From Priapulus caudatus (Eukaryota), in the NCBI RefSeq assembly GCF_000485595.1, contig NW_014577068.1:1480130-1544129 (forward strand): a DNA stretch of 64,000 bases. The letters run 5' to 3'. Shown here one piece after another: positions 14,001 to 29,000 of this stretch. The position numbers and the translations under genes were made by a program. Below the pieces are notes generated by a model. That model was not told the DNA's origin, searched no databases, and worked only from the letters and a program-made list of their open reading frames with translations. Position 1 is the first letter of the stretch; each line of letters starts with the position of its first letter.

Positions 14001-17000
14001 GAGACAATCACGAACACTAATGCTAGGACACTGAATAATGTCAAGCCCTCGGGTTCACAAGCATCATAACAACATTGCTGAACTTCACAACATGTTGTAT
14101 TGATTTTGTTTGTATTTATGTTTATTTTCATTTTTTCTAATTTGCTGGGCAGGCTTGCTGCCGGCGCCCCGCACGAGAACCCCCTAGAGGGCCGCATGCG
14201 GCCCGCGGGCCGCAGTTTGCCCACCCCTGCCTTATGCTATTCCGCTTAGGTGTATGACCATAATACGACAGCTAAGAAACTTAGCTGTGGAACTTAGCTG
14301 TGGTTTTACATGGTAATGTGGTTTTTAGAGAAATTTTCTGAGAAAAAATGTGTGCCATATAGGCACATGAAATATGTACCGATGTCTTTAAATTTATGAT
14401 AGTTTACTTTATATTCAAATATTTTACTGGTTCGCTACGCACAAGCTTATCTGATCGTGTATTGCGTTGTAATGCAGGTGTACTTACCATAAGAGTTTTT
14501 ATTGCCAGGTAAAGTGTTTTCTAACCAGGGAGACATTTTGGTCAGTACCCCACTACAAGTAAAATGGCTTTAAGGATCTTCATCAGAGTCTTGAGGCATC
14601 TACTGCTACAGAGGAGATTGAAGCATTAGATTCTGGTGCTCCTAGCAAATCGGGGCTGGAGGTAATCTATTTTGTAGCATTAGCATTCCCACATATTGTT
14701 CCTTTACTCAATATCACCATTTATATATTATATTGTTGTATATTAAAAAATGTACCATACACTAAATTTCAAATAGTTTGCTGGTTCGATCTAAACATTA
14801 GTTACTAATTATCATTATTCTCATTAATGACTACTAGCAGGACACCCGGTCAACGCCCGGGAAATAAAGTGCTCAGTTGGGTGACCAAGCTCTGTTAAGA
14901 AAATACCAAAAATATCTAATTCTATCCTAATCCGTATCTCACTACGGCTCTGGTCCCGGTGCGCTGCCGTGCGGCTGCGTGCGTGCGTGCGTCCGTCCGT
15001 CCATCCATTCATCCATTTATCTATCTATCTATCTATCTACTCGATCTATCTATCTATCTAATCTTATCTATCTATGCTGTATCACCTATCTATTATCTAT
15101 AGCTCATCTAAGTCGCAGCGAGTCCATGCCTAATCGGCATGGCCAATCTATGCTTAATCTAGTCTAATCTATCGTATCCTATCAATGCTAGTCTAGTCTA
15201 ATTATCTATTGTTACCATTCCATTTCATCCATCCCCCATCCATGGCTATCCTAATGCTATCTACTCTATCTAGTCTGACTCTATCTATGGCTATCTATCT
15301 GACTCTTCTAATCTAGTCATACTAATCTATTGTACTTCTATCTAATCTATCTAGCCTCTATCTATCTATTATCCAGTCCACCATGCCATCCATCCATAAC
15401 CATCCGATCCCCATTCCATCCATCCCATCCCTTCTCACCATCGCATCCCACTGGTTCGGGCCCACACCGGGGCGCCGGACCCAGCGCCACCCACCTACCC
15501 TACCGACCTACCTGACGCATGTAACATGCATGTATAGTAACGCAATGTAATGCCGTCATTGTATGCAGTAATGGCGAGCTCGACTTGCAGAAGCTACATC
15601 CCCATGTTATCTAACTGCTCTGGCAGGGGGCAGCCTTGCTTTGTACTTGAGTAGTGCCCGTTACGCATTGTACAGTAATGCGAGTCGATGCAAAGTGAAT
15701 CCCATTTATTTAATGCTGCTGCAGGGGCCCGTTTATTTAGTGTTGCTGCAGGGGGCGTTTATTTAATGCTGCTGCAGGGGCCAGTATATATTTAGTTTTT
15801 TTTCTCGTTTTTGGCTTAGATGACCTCAAAGGTCAAATCTAATGTGCCATGACCTTCAGCACCAAATTCTACTCATACTGAACGCCTTGGATATTTCTAG
15901 AGTGCTCGGTACTGATTTGCATCGAGAACAGACAAACAGAGGCACATTCACAAATATGTATTAGATTGAATCTTTGCTATTTCAGCACTGGTTTACAAAG
16001 ATGCCCGGGGTGTTGACATTTGAACTGTCGAGGTTTCAGTTTAACCAGCAGTTAGGAAAGCCTGAAAAAATACATCAGAAGTTGCAGTTCCCTAAAGTCA
16101 TCTACATGGACAGGTATAAACTCATATCAGCAGTAGTTATAATATTATTTAGATGTGAATAGCTATGAGTATCTGGAATGTAATGAATATTGTTTTTTCT
16201 CAAAAAGTATCGTAGTTTTTTTCGTTATCCGTAGTACACTCAAACATCATCTCATGAGTTCACTGCTGCTATAGAAAAATTTCAATTCCTTATTCAATAT
16301 TTCATTCAATATTTTATAGATATTTAGAAAGCAACAAAGAGTTAACACGTCAAAGAAGGGAAGAGATAAGGAAGCTCAGAGAGGAACTATCAAAACTGGA
16401 GACAAAACTAGAACGGTATGTTTACTAGATCTAACTGGGTTAATTGTTACTCAACCGCGAAGATTGAAAACGTACAGCTGACTTTTCGCCTCCTGAACCC
16501 AGTTAGATCTATTAGTCTACCAACCAAATGAACTTATTTAATGAGGTATATTTACTAGAAGCAACATTTGTGCTGTCGAGTTAAGCAATGGGAATACCAC
16601 CGTCGCCAGCTTTTCGTCTCTAAAGTGCCGTTCTTGCTCTCGTGTATATCACTGAGTCTAACCGTCACAACACATATTGCATGTTTGAACATAATGGTGC
16701 AACAGCGACTAACTCAGAACTTTGCATATGTCCTATTACTCGATACTTCCACATCCGAAGACATTCATATTAGCCAGATCGCCATTACTTTTGAGTCCAC
16801 ATGCGGAATCAAATGGCTTGAATTGACTCGGCGAATCCCGAAGAGGAGCTTCCAATTCACCAGATCGACATGGTTTCGATTCACGAAACTCGAATGCTTT
16901 GAATGCTCACCGCATCGCAAGAGACTCGCTCTCCGATCTCAGACACCGGATCACAATGCTTCGATTCTGCCCACGGATCGACATGCCCGCCCCCGTTAAA

Positions 17001-20000
17001 CCCAGCCCGCACCCCCACCCATGTCCTTGAAATTGGGCTTAATCAGTCTTTACTCGAGGCTCATGTCCCGCGCCGCCGCGTATAAACGTCCACGCATATT
17101 GGAGGCACGCCAGTCGACGTACCCCTCTTCGAGCCCACGGCGAATCTTTCTTGCAAAGAATGGGAATTGCCATAGTCCCAGCTTCAGAGTTTGCCCAACG
17201 CGATTCTGACCCATTTCACGTATGGCTGGAATGAATAACGGGCCTAGGGTTTTGAATTTTAAAATTTTCCCTTATGCACCGCAACTTACGCTCCATGGTT
17301 TGCCGCAATTATAAATAGGGGCATATTAATTTAAACACCCCAGATACACAAACAGTCTGTCGGGCACACCGTGCCAGTCTAGGTTCAGCGTGCTCTACAA
17401 GATTCTCAAATCTGAGCCAAATGGCATGATCATTGTAAATGGCCACAACATCCTGCTATGATACATATTACTGATTTATCACTATTATTATATCACCCTT
17501 ATATCTATTACGCATCCATAAGAATTTAGCTAGAAAAAAGCGGGCGTGTACCCTGGCCACCTACGCGCCACAAACTCTGTTGATCTCATTTGGTATTATA
17601 ATATATTTATAACTTTATATATAATACATTTATTATTTTCAAGCCAAAAAATTACACATATAATTGTATCAGCCAGTAATAATGGGAGTCTCCCCCATCA
17701 CACATCACCTCTTTATCCGTATCTATAATGTACGTCCATGTTGCTCCAAGNNNNNNNNNNNNNNNNNNNNNNNNNCCAGTGCTGTCGAGTTAAGCAATGG
17801 AATACGCAAAAAGTGTTATGCAGGTGGTCAGATGAAGCTTTACGGAGTTTAGCACCGGAAGCTTAGAACGTGCGGCATATAGTCCAATTGATATGCAATG
17901 TTGATGAAGCCAGAGTAACGGCGCATCCGGTATTAGTTAATAATGTACAGTAACCTTACATCCAAAACGGCGTATGTTGTCGCAAATCACTTGCTGGTTA
18001 CTAAGAAAGTGCATTGAAATCGCCAGTGCCAGGAAATCATTGTTACAGTTTCAACCGCTGCCGGCAAGCGGGTGTGCATACGATTTATAGGTGCACCGGA
18101 CATTCTTCAGCACGCGCATGCTCGGCGTACGCCAATGGCTATCAGCAGTGATTCTTCGTAAACACGGACGCTCGCCCGCCCACCCCCCCCCCCCCCCCCC
18201 CTAATTAAGGAAATTTCTGCCAGGGCTCACCTGTCCATGATGCGTCCGTGATTATACACTGTTGTTTTTACTCCATTTTCAAGTTTAGTCCGTGTTCGGT
18301 GCATTACACCGCTGACACCTCCATTTCATCTGGCGTCCAAACATACGGGCCGCACAAATGTTTACGGTTATTGCTTGACGTCGCTGAATGACATTTAGTC
18401 ACAACCGATTTCAAGTCGTGCTTGTAATGTACACCAGCAGTGATATTGCGACAAAATAGATACGCATATGGTACTTATTAACTACACAAGGGTGTCCAGT
18501 TACTCGTTGAGCATTCGTCAACATGCCTAATAGAATGGACACTAGTATGACCTTCTAGACGTAATTTATTGTATAATGCAGAACATGGTTAGCATACGCT
18601 TTAGGCTGTAGAAGTTTACATAGTACTTACACCTACGTCTGTGAGTTGTTTGAATACCAGTTCTCCATGCCCATGTTTGCGCTATACAGCATCAGAGCAG
18701 TTGCATTTATCTCGCATTCCAATTTCGCAGATGATAAACTATCTGCCAATTTCAAGCTGTTCTCAAACATGTTAAATCTTATTGCCTCGTATGTGCTTTC
18801 TAGGTTTATCGATTTGGGTCAGGGCCCATTGCTAAGCGGTTTCCTCACAAGATCGCTACTGCAGTATGCGCTCGGAGTTTGCCTCACGAATGAAGGAATC
18901 AATGCATTTGAATAGTGATGCGGAAATGACCTCTCAGCAGAAATCCGTATAATGACACTACCACTAGACATCTTTAATATGTTGAAATGCCTTCATAACG
19001 TTTTATGGTTAGGTGGTTCAGTAAGTAAGGCTCGATTGAGGAGAGATCTAAGTTTTGTTTAAGAAAATGTTGGATTATAATAAAGGCTGACGATGAGGTT
19101 GGTAATACAGAGTTGATGGATGATAAAGGTTGATGATAGAGGTCTTGACACATGGGTGAGGTTTGGTTTTCATAACGTAGGTGGTCTTGATAAGAAAGAA
19201 AAGTTGGATTTTATTGAAAATTAGGCTTTTTATGTAAACTCTTGCTTTTAAGGCTTAAGGAAGGTTATAGATTTTATACAGAAGATGGATGCTCAATTTA
19301 AAATGACTTCTTCTCACTCACTCATTTGTGTCCTTTTTTCTGGTGAGCTACAGTGTCATTGACACTTTCATTTTTATCTACAGCATCGACGAGCAGTCCG
19401 GCTCAGTGGATGCTGGCCAGCAAAAGCAGGTGGAGATGCAGTGCACTCCTCCGAAATGCGTGAAGCCTGACGTTGCCATGACGCCGCCGAAGTCTGTGCG
19501 GTTTGAGGGTCCGGCGCCGAAGCACGTGACGACGGAGGAGCTGTGTGTGCTCGAGGGCTGCCTGCAGCGGTGGCATGCCGAGGTCGAGAACGACGTCAGA
19601 GGTAAGGCAATCTGCACTTGATGCATGCGTCATAGACACCTTGACCTGTTCGCTTTGCACGATGAAGAGACGGCGTTTGCCAATCAGTGTAGGACATACG
19701 TGCCTAGTAATAAAAAATTGCTGGTGAGTCGACATTTTGGCGTGGGCACGTATAAAACCACTTACAAACTTGGTGAGCTTGACCAACCTAGCAAGCATAG
19801 TCAAGGATGGCGCAGTTATCGCACTCAGACGAATACTGTATATGCCATATTTTTCACGTACAGATATTTTCGCGAATTGACGGACAATTTCGACGGAAAC
19901 TTGACGGACAATTTCGCGGTTGGTGAATTATGAATTATTCAGTATTATTCGGTATGAATTATTTACGTGTTATTTTCGCGGTCGGGGACGCGTTCGCGAA

Positions 20001-23000
20001 ATTTGCGAAAAATAAACCACCGCGAAATATACAGCGTATACGGTAGGTAAATTGTGTGGCTTGCAGACTGTGAAGCCACAATCATGGTGTGAATCCCTTT
20101 CTCTCATCCCCCATGACAACTTGTTGTAGTTTGTATAATTTAACTGGTCGAGCTCATCGCCAATCGGAATTGGTATTATGTGTAATATATTCCAGTTACA
20201 TTGTATATTGTGTTATATTAATTTCATAATTTCACTCATAAATAGTTTGTAGAGAAATTGTAGCAGCGTCGACCCGTGTTCTTGTTTTCGACGAAATGGT
20301 AGTCATTTGCAGGCTGTTTCTTTCCTAGTGCATTTAGTCTGGATTTTATATTTCAGAATTGCAAGACAGCATAGCTATGCTAAATGAGAAGATAGGCAGC
20401 ATGTACTCTGATATGAAACAGGTGTGCTTAGAATGTGTGATCCATAGCCATATACCATGTTAATTACCATATTATTAGCCATGTAAATTTAAGAGGCGTT
20501 AAACTGAAAACAGTTACTTAATGTTAACCGAAGGTAATCTACTAGAACTATAATAATAATAATAATAATAATAAGCAACATTTGTGCTGTCGAGTTAAGC
20601 AATGGGAATACGAAAAAGTAGTTATTGCAGGTGGCAGATGAAGTTTACAAGACCAAGTTAAAGGCATACTAGGTCCATTGATTATGCAATGTTGATGAAT
20701 GCTAGAGTAACTGGCACCGTGTGTAGTTAATATGTACATAACCTTACATCCAAACGCGTATTAGTTTGTCCAATATCACTGCTGGTTACTAAGAAATGTC
20801 TGATTGAAATCCGCAGTCCAGGAAATCAGTTGTTTACAGTTTCAAACCGCTGCCGGCGAAGCGGGTGTGATACGATTTATAGTGCACCGGACATTTTCGC
20901 ACGCATGCTCGGCCGTATGCAATGCTATCATCAGTGATTTCGTAAACACGGACGCTCGTAATAAGGAAATTTCTGCCAGGGCTGTCCATGTGCGTCCGTG
21001 ATTAGTACATGTGTTTTACTCCATTTTCAAGTTTAGTCCGTGTTCGTGATTACACCGCTGACACCTCCATTTCATCTGGCGTCCAAAACATACGGGCCGC
21101 ACAAATGTTTACGTTATTGCTTGACTCCTGAATGACATTTATGTCACAACCGATTTCAAGTCTTGCTTGTAATGTAACCAGCAGTGATATTGGACAAACT
21201 AATACGCATTTGGTACTTATTAACTACACAAGGTGCCAGTTACTCTAGCATTCGTCAACATTGCATAATGAATGGGCATAGTATGCCTTTAAGACGTAGA
21301 TTTATTGTATAATGCAAACAGTGGTTAATACGCTTTAGTTAGAAGTTTACATAGTACTACACCTACGTCTGTGTTGTTTAATACCAGTTCTCCATGCACC
21401 ATGTTTGCAGCTATACCAGATCAGAGCCAGTTGCATTTATCTTGCATTCCCAATTTCGAGATGATAAATATCTGCAATTTAGCTGTTCTAAATTGTTAAA
21501 TCTTATTGCTCGTATGTGTTTTAGGTTTATGAATTTTGGGTCAGGGCCCATTGCTAAGCGGTTTCCTCTACAAGATGTACTGCAGTATGCGCTCGAGTTT
21601 GCTCAGAATAAGAATCAATGCATTTCGACTAGTGATGCGGAAATGACCTCTCCAAGCAGAAGGTATAAGTGACTACTACCACTAGACATTTTAATATGTT
21701 GAAATGCCTTATAAACGTTTTATGGTTAGGTGGTTTCAGTAAGTAAGGCTTAATCTTGATGTGGAAATTTAGAGTTTTGATTAGAGAGATTTAAGTTTTG
21801 TTTAAAAAATGTTGGATTATAATAAAGGGCTGACGATGAAGGTTTGGTAATACAGAGTTGATGGATGATAAAGGTTTGATGATAGAGGGTCTTGACACAT
21901 GGGTTGGAGGTTTGGGTTTTCATAACGTAGGTGGTCTTGATAAGAAAGAAAAGTTGGGATTTTATTGAAAATAAGGGCTTTTTATGTAAACTCTTGCTTT
22001 TAAGGCTTTAAGGAAGGTTATAGATTTTATACAGAAGATGGGAGCTTTTATAGTTAATGTTAATCTTTTTATGCAGAGCATTAAGGTTTTGTTAGAGAAG
22101 ATTAGAGTTCCGATAAGGGGTGGATAAGGTTGCGATGGGGAACATTTCGGTCTCACTCAGACGTGTTTTGCTTGTTAGCTCACCCCTTGACATCGCAAGC
22201 CTGAGCTAATGTCCCATGGTCCCGTCATCTTACGTTCCGTCGCGTCCGTCCGTCAACCATTTGGGACTATGGTCAATCCGATAACGTCAGTGAACCGTTA
22301 ATACCCCACATGTTTGATACATTGGGTATGACGTTTGTTACTGCTATCTCCCATGATAAACGTCCTATTTTGGAGCACGCCAGTAACACGACGTACCTCT
22401 TTTCGAGGGCCACGGCAATTTTTTGGCAAAGAACCCCATGGTAATTGCATTAGTCAGTTCAGGGTTCAACCATTTATGATCATTTTTAGGTATTGAATGA
22501 ATAAGGGCCTAGGGGTTTGAATATTTAGAAATTTCTTATGCAGAATTAGGTACGCGTTTGGCATTGATATTAATGCATATTTATATAAACACCGCCAGCA
22601 TAAACAAACAAGTCATTGTGGTGTCAACACTCGTCCTGGTTCGTTTTACAAAATTTCATTGACATATATCTCTTAATGCCAAAATTTCTCGCTATTGAAC
22701 ACTATTATGATTTATACTATTATTATTATAGATTAATTATTATTCATTATTAAAGATCTTTATGCTAAGAAATCATCACAGGCGGTGTAGTGTCGCCATC
22801 ATACCCGGTGCACACTAATTGTATCATTTTTGGTTTAAAATATTTATAATTCTATATATAATATATCTTTACTATTTTCACAAAAATTACCCATATAATT
22901 TATCCGAAGAGAGGTATATTAAATGGGAGTTCTGCCCCCGCCCCATTACTATACTTCTGCGTGCTTATAAATGATACGTCCGGATGTTCGCTCATTATTA

Positions 23001-26000
23001 AAGAATGATCTTCCTCTCCACCTACTCATCTTTGTGTCCTTTTTCCTGGTGCAGCCTACAGTGTCATTCGCACACTTTCATTTTAATCTAATCAGCACGA
23101 CAGAGCAGGTCCGCGCTCAGCGTCGGATGCTGGCTCCAGCTCAAAAGCAGGTGGAGATGACAGTCGGCTACCTCCTCGAAACTGCGTGAGCCTTGACTTG
23201 CCATGGAACGCCCGCCGTGAAGTGCTGTGGCGGTTTGAGGTCGGTCGGCGCCCTGGAAGCGACGTGACGACGGAGACGCCTGTGATGTGCTCTGGGAGGC
23301 TTCGGCCTGCGAGCGGTGCATGCCGATGGTCGAAGAACCGGACGTCAGAAGGTACATGGCAATCTGCACTTGATGCCCATGCGTCATAGACACCTTTGAC
23401 CCTGTTCGCTTATGGGTCCTTGATGAAGAGACGGCTTTTTGCCATACTCACTGCTATGAGCGATACGTGCCTAGTAATTAAACTTGTCTGGTGATCGGTC
23501 AGATCATTTGGCGTGGGCCACGTAAAAACGCGTCACTTTTACAAACTTGTGAATGCTTGACGCGCAACCTAGGAAGAATATGTCAAGATGGCGCAGTTAT
23601 CGCACTCAGACGGAAATACTGTATATGCCATATTGTGTCACCGTAATCACATATTTTTCGCGAAATTGACTGACAATTTCCGACGAAACCGTTGACGATT
23701 CAATTTCGCTGGTTGGGCTGAATTTATGAAATTATTCGATGTATTATTCGGTATGAAAATTATTACCGTGTTACTTTCGTGGACGGGTCGGGGACGCGTG
23801 TCCCGCCGAAAAAATTTGCGAAAATAACCACCTGCGAAATATACCAGCGTATACGGTAGGTAAATGTGTGGCTTGCAGACTGTGAAGCCCACACATGGTT
23901 GAATCGCTGTCTCTCATGCCCCCATGGACAAAACTTGTTCTGAGTAGTTATGTAATAATTTAACACCTGNNNNNNNNNNNNNNNNNNNNNNNNNCCACCG
24001 TCGCCAGCTTTTCGTCTCTAAAGTGCCGTTCTTGCTCTCGTGTATATCACTGAGTCTAACCGTCACAACACATATTGCATGTTTGAACATAATGGTGCAA
24101 CAGCGACTAACTCAGAACTTTGCATATGTCCTATTACTCGATACTTCCACATCCGAAGACATTCATATTAGCCAGATCGCCATTACTTTTGAGTCCACAT
24201 GCGGAATCAAATGGCTTGAATTGACTCGGCGAATCCCGAAGAGGAGCTTCCAATTCACCAGATCGACATGGTTTCGATTCACGAAACTCGAATGCTTTGA
24301 ATGCTCACCGCATCGCAAGAGACTCGCTCTCCGATCTCAGACACCGGATCACAATGCTTCGATTCTGCCCACGGATCGACATGCCCGCCCCCGTTAAACC
24401 CAGCCCGCACCCCCACCCATGTCCTTGAAATTGGGCTTAATCAGTCTTTACTCGAGGCTCATGTCCCGCGCCGCCGCGTATAAACGTCCACGCATATTGG
24501 AGGCACGCCAGTCGACGTACCCCTCTTCGAGCCCACGGCGAATCTTTCTTGCAAAGAATGGGAATTGCCATAGTCCCAGCTTCAGAGTTTGCCCAACGCG
24601 ATTCTGACCCATTTCACGTATGGCTGGAATGAATAACGGGCCTAGGGTTTTGAATTTTAAAATTTTCCCTTATGCACCGCAACTTACGCTCCATGGTTTG
24701 CCGCAATTATAAATAGGGGCATATTAATTTAAACACCCCAGATACACAAACAGTCTGTCGGGCACACCGTGCCAGTCTAGGTTCAGCGTGCTCTACAAGA
24801 TTCTCAAATCTGAGCCAAATGGCATGATCATTGTAAATGGCCACAACATCCTGCTATGATACATATTACTGATTTATCACTATTATTATATCACCCTTAT
24901 ATCTATTACGCATCCATAAGAATTTAGCTAGAAAAAAGCGGGCGTGTACCCTGGCCACCTACGCGCCACAAACTCTGTTGATCTCATTTGGTATTATAAT
25001 ATATTTATAACTTTATATATAATACATTTATTATTTTCAAGCCAAAAAATTACACATATAATTGTATCAGCCAGTAATAATGGGAGTCTCCCCCATCACA
25101 CATCACCTCTTTATCCGTATCTATAATGTACGTCCATGTTGCTCCAAGTAAAAATGACTTCTCTCAACTCACCTGCCATTTGTGTCCTTTTTTACTGGTG
25201 AGCTACAGTGTCATTGACACTTTCATTTTTATCCTACAGCACTCGACGCCGACAGTTCCACGGCTCCAGTGGATGCGGCCAGGCAAAAGCAGGTGGAGAA
25301 ATGCAGTGCACTCCTCCGAAATGCGTGAAGCCTGACGTTGCCATGACGCCCTCGGAAGTCTGTGCGGTTTGAAGGGTGCCGGCGTCCGAAGCACGTGGAC
25401 GACGTGAGGGTAGCTGGTGTGCCTCGAGGCTGCCTGTCTAGCGGTGGCATTCGCCGCGATGTCGAGAAACCTGACGTCTACGAGTAAGGCAACTCTCAAC
25501 TTGGATGGCATGCGTCATAGACACTCATTGACCTGTTCGCTTTCGCAAGATGAACGACACGGCGTTTGCCCAACAATCTGTAGACATACGTCCTAAGTAA
25601 TAAAAAATTGCTGGTGAGTTCGACATTTTCATGGCGGTGGCACGTATAGAAACCATTACAAACTTGTGAGCCTTACGACCAAACCTAGAAGAATAAAGGT
25701 CAAGGATGGCGCAGTCTATGCGCACTCAGACAATACCTGTATAGTGACATATTTTCACGTACAGAATATTTCGCGAATTGACGGACAATTTCGATACCGA
25801 AACTTGACCGGATCAATTCGCGGTTGGTGAATTATAGAATTATTCAGTATTATTCGCTATGAATTATTTACCGTGTTATTTTCCGCGGTCCGGGGACCGC
25901 GTTCGCCGGAATTCTGCGGAAAAACAATAAACCACTCCGCGAAATATACAGCGTATACGGTAGGTAAAATGTGGTGGCCTGCAGACTGTGAAGCCAACAA

Positions 26001-29000
26001 TCAATGTGTGAATTTCGCTTTCCTCATCCCCATCCGACAACCTTTTGGTAGTTTGTATAATTCTAAACTGTCGATGCTCATCGCCAATCCGGAAATGGTA
26101 TTATGTGATAATATATTCCAGTTACACTGTACATGATGTTATAATTAATTTATAATCACTCATAAATAGTTTTGTAGAGAAATTGTAAGCAGCGTACGAC
26201 CCGTGTTCTTGTTTCCCCGACGAAGATGGTAGTCAATTTGGCAGCTGTTTTTTTCCTATTGCATTGAGTCTGATTTTATATTTCAGATTGCAAGACCAGC
26301 ATAGCTATGCCTACAATGAGAAGATAGGCAAGCCAATAGTACTGCTGCATATGAAACAGTGTTCGGCTTAGAATGTGTGATCCCATACCATATACCCGAG
26401 TTGAATTACCCATACCTTATTAGCCATGTAACATTAAGAGGCGTGAAACCTGAAAAGCAAGTTACTTATATGTTAACTATGAAGGTAATTCTACTTAGTA
26501 AATAAGTCTAACGATCAACAGGCCTCTAATAAGTCTAATAAGTCTAATAAGTCTAATAAGTCTAATAAGTCTACTAGTAATAAGTTAATGGTAGTCTAAG
26601 GTAATAATAATAATAATAATAACAATAATAATTATTATTATTAATTTTTATTATCATTATTATTATTCTGTTATTATTACGCATATGTCAGGCATTGTGA
26701 AACTCTTGTCGGGTGTACATAAGCTAGTAAGGGCCATGGCACGATCTGCTCTAGGTGCCATACCGACTGCATGCGGTGTTGGTGCATGAGGGGCAGGCGT
26801 CTGCCGGACACTACTGGGCATACATCTACGACTCTGCACACAATCACTGGCTGAAGTTCAATGACATCACCGTGTCAGAGGCATCGTGGGAGGAGCTGGA
26901 GAAGGAATCCGTCGGTGGATACTATAACACGAGTGCTTACTGCCTGATGTACGTGAATGCCAAGCAAACATCGCTGATGGAAGGTAATGCAGTATTTCTC
27001 ACTTGTGCTGACTAGTCATGTGTGATATGTAGATTGATAGTATCGTTTATTTGCCACAAAAGCATTTACATCATTACAGGACTCACTCAAGCACTCTATT
27101 CATATGTCTTTAAATGTCCCAAAGTCATAGAATTTGTGAGGCAGTTCTTGTTTTAGGCTGAAACAGTATTCAGCTGCTATGCATGTCATGATATAATTTA
27201 ATGATGAAATGTAAAACATTCTTGTTGTGTAAAGTTAACAGATAGAAGAGTTTGCATATGAACTTTTCTAATGCACAATCCATCTAAACATGATTCCAAT
27301 TAAATTGCAAATTAAATTGGAAACAGTTAAAACATTCCACTTGACCATTTGTAGGATTAGTAATGAAAACCATATGAAATTGTCTCTGCAGACATAGTAG
27401 ACCAAGAGACGGGTCAATGCAGTACCAATCCTCTAGACCTGCTGCCAACTGACCTCCATGACATCGTTTGTGAGGATAATATGAAGTTTGCCAAAGAAAT
27501 AATGGAGTATGATAAGGAGCAAACAAAAGCTGCAACTGAGATGGAGGAATGCGTCGTAACGGGGCAGTTTGAGCATGGAGACAATTACCAAAGGCAGATG
27601 AAAGGTAGAACTTGTCATGATGTTACACTACACCATTGTTATGTTACAATAAATCAATATCAACAGCTGCAATGAAATTCTAACTTATGCTTTGCTTTGT
27701 TTAAAAAATATTGCCCAGCATGTGCACAGATAAAACTTCACAGTCGGTCGATCACTAATGTACGACACATGAATCTGGCTATCTATATTGCCGTGCGTAG
27801 CGGCCATACCTTGTGTAGCAACCATTGCTGTTATGTGCCATTAACTCTTCCCACTCGCTTGGGCCATAATAACAATTTTGTTTGTTTGCCCTCACCGGAC
27901 CAACCTGCTAAAAAGGGGCCGACTGAAAAACATTTATTGATCTTTCCCATTCTTTTTTTTTACAAATTGTATCACTGTACATTATATCAGGAGCTAATAA
28001 TACCTAGCGTGTGCAACGGGAAAACGGGAAAATAGTGCTATTTCACGGCAATATTATTCTACTTTGTCTGCGAATCCAGATGAGACGGGATACCAGAGAA
28101 GTGTTGCCGAAAGGAGTCTTGAATTTTAGCGGGGTCACGGAGGACAGAGATTTGGGACGTGGGAGGAACTCGTGACTTAGATGGGGGGTCGTACAGATGG
28201 GGGGCGAGAGCGAAGCTTTTGATTTTGCGGTGGTTCCATTTCCGTGTGGTCTTAGGCGTTTTCACTATAAGTTAAAAAGCGCCCCATGACGCCTGTCCTA
28301 TGTAACGCTTGATATGTGAACATCAGAGAGATCGCACCATAATTGCATGAAGAAATGGATGAGGATGTTGTACGAGAGAGTATGCGCATTATGTGGCTAT
28401 TCGTAACATCAAACTGATTCCTCTGCGTATTGCTCTGCTCAGTGCTGCTACAGAACGTCATGACAGCAGTACCTAGCGCAGTAGCAGCGTAGTTAGACTT
28501 ATATTGCTGAACGGCGCATATATGACTGCCGGAGAATGTATAACTGTTGTGTATAAAAGTTGCAAAGATATTAAAAATCCGACCGTTATTTCATGAAATT
28601 TTTTATAAAATAGTGATACGAAATAGTACGCGGATTGTGCGCCCATTTACCTCTTTCAAATCATAGGCTGTTTACGAATCTCCATTCGCTGGATTTCCCC
28701 CGAGCTCCGCCCACTTTAAAAATAGTGCTAGCATTGTGGCAGTGGTATCCTGGACCCGGTTCCACAGTCGTGGATTAACTTTAACCCTGAGTTAAGACTA
28801 ACTCTGAGTTAAACTCACTAACTCTGAGTTAGTAAACTCCGAGTTAAATTTGGGTTTCATAAACATGGATTAAATCCTGAGTTAAATAACTGAGAGTTAA
28901 CTCAGAGCAAGACTCAGAGTAAGTATCCCATAATTCCACATAGTTAGAACAGACGAACATGATAGACGCATAGACGATAGACGCATGATAGACGCACGAA

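Noticed and set aside
16568..16999. 143-aa ORF repeated at 24023
   Set aside because: It has no recognisable domain and lies in an error-rich duplicated block.
18804..26359. Duplicated USP exons as mutually exclusive alternative exons
   Set aside because: The extra copies have dense random indels, duplicated introns and adjacent 25-N gaps, which is typical of raw-read fill.
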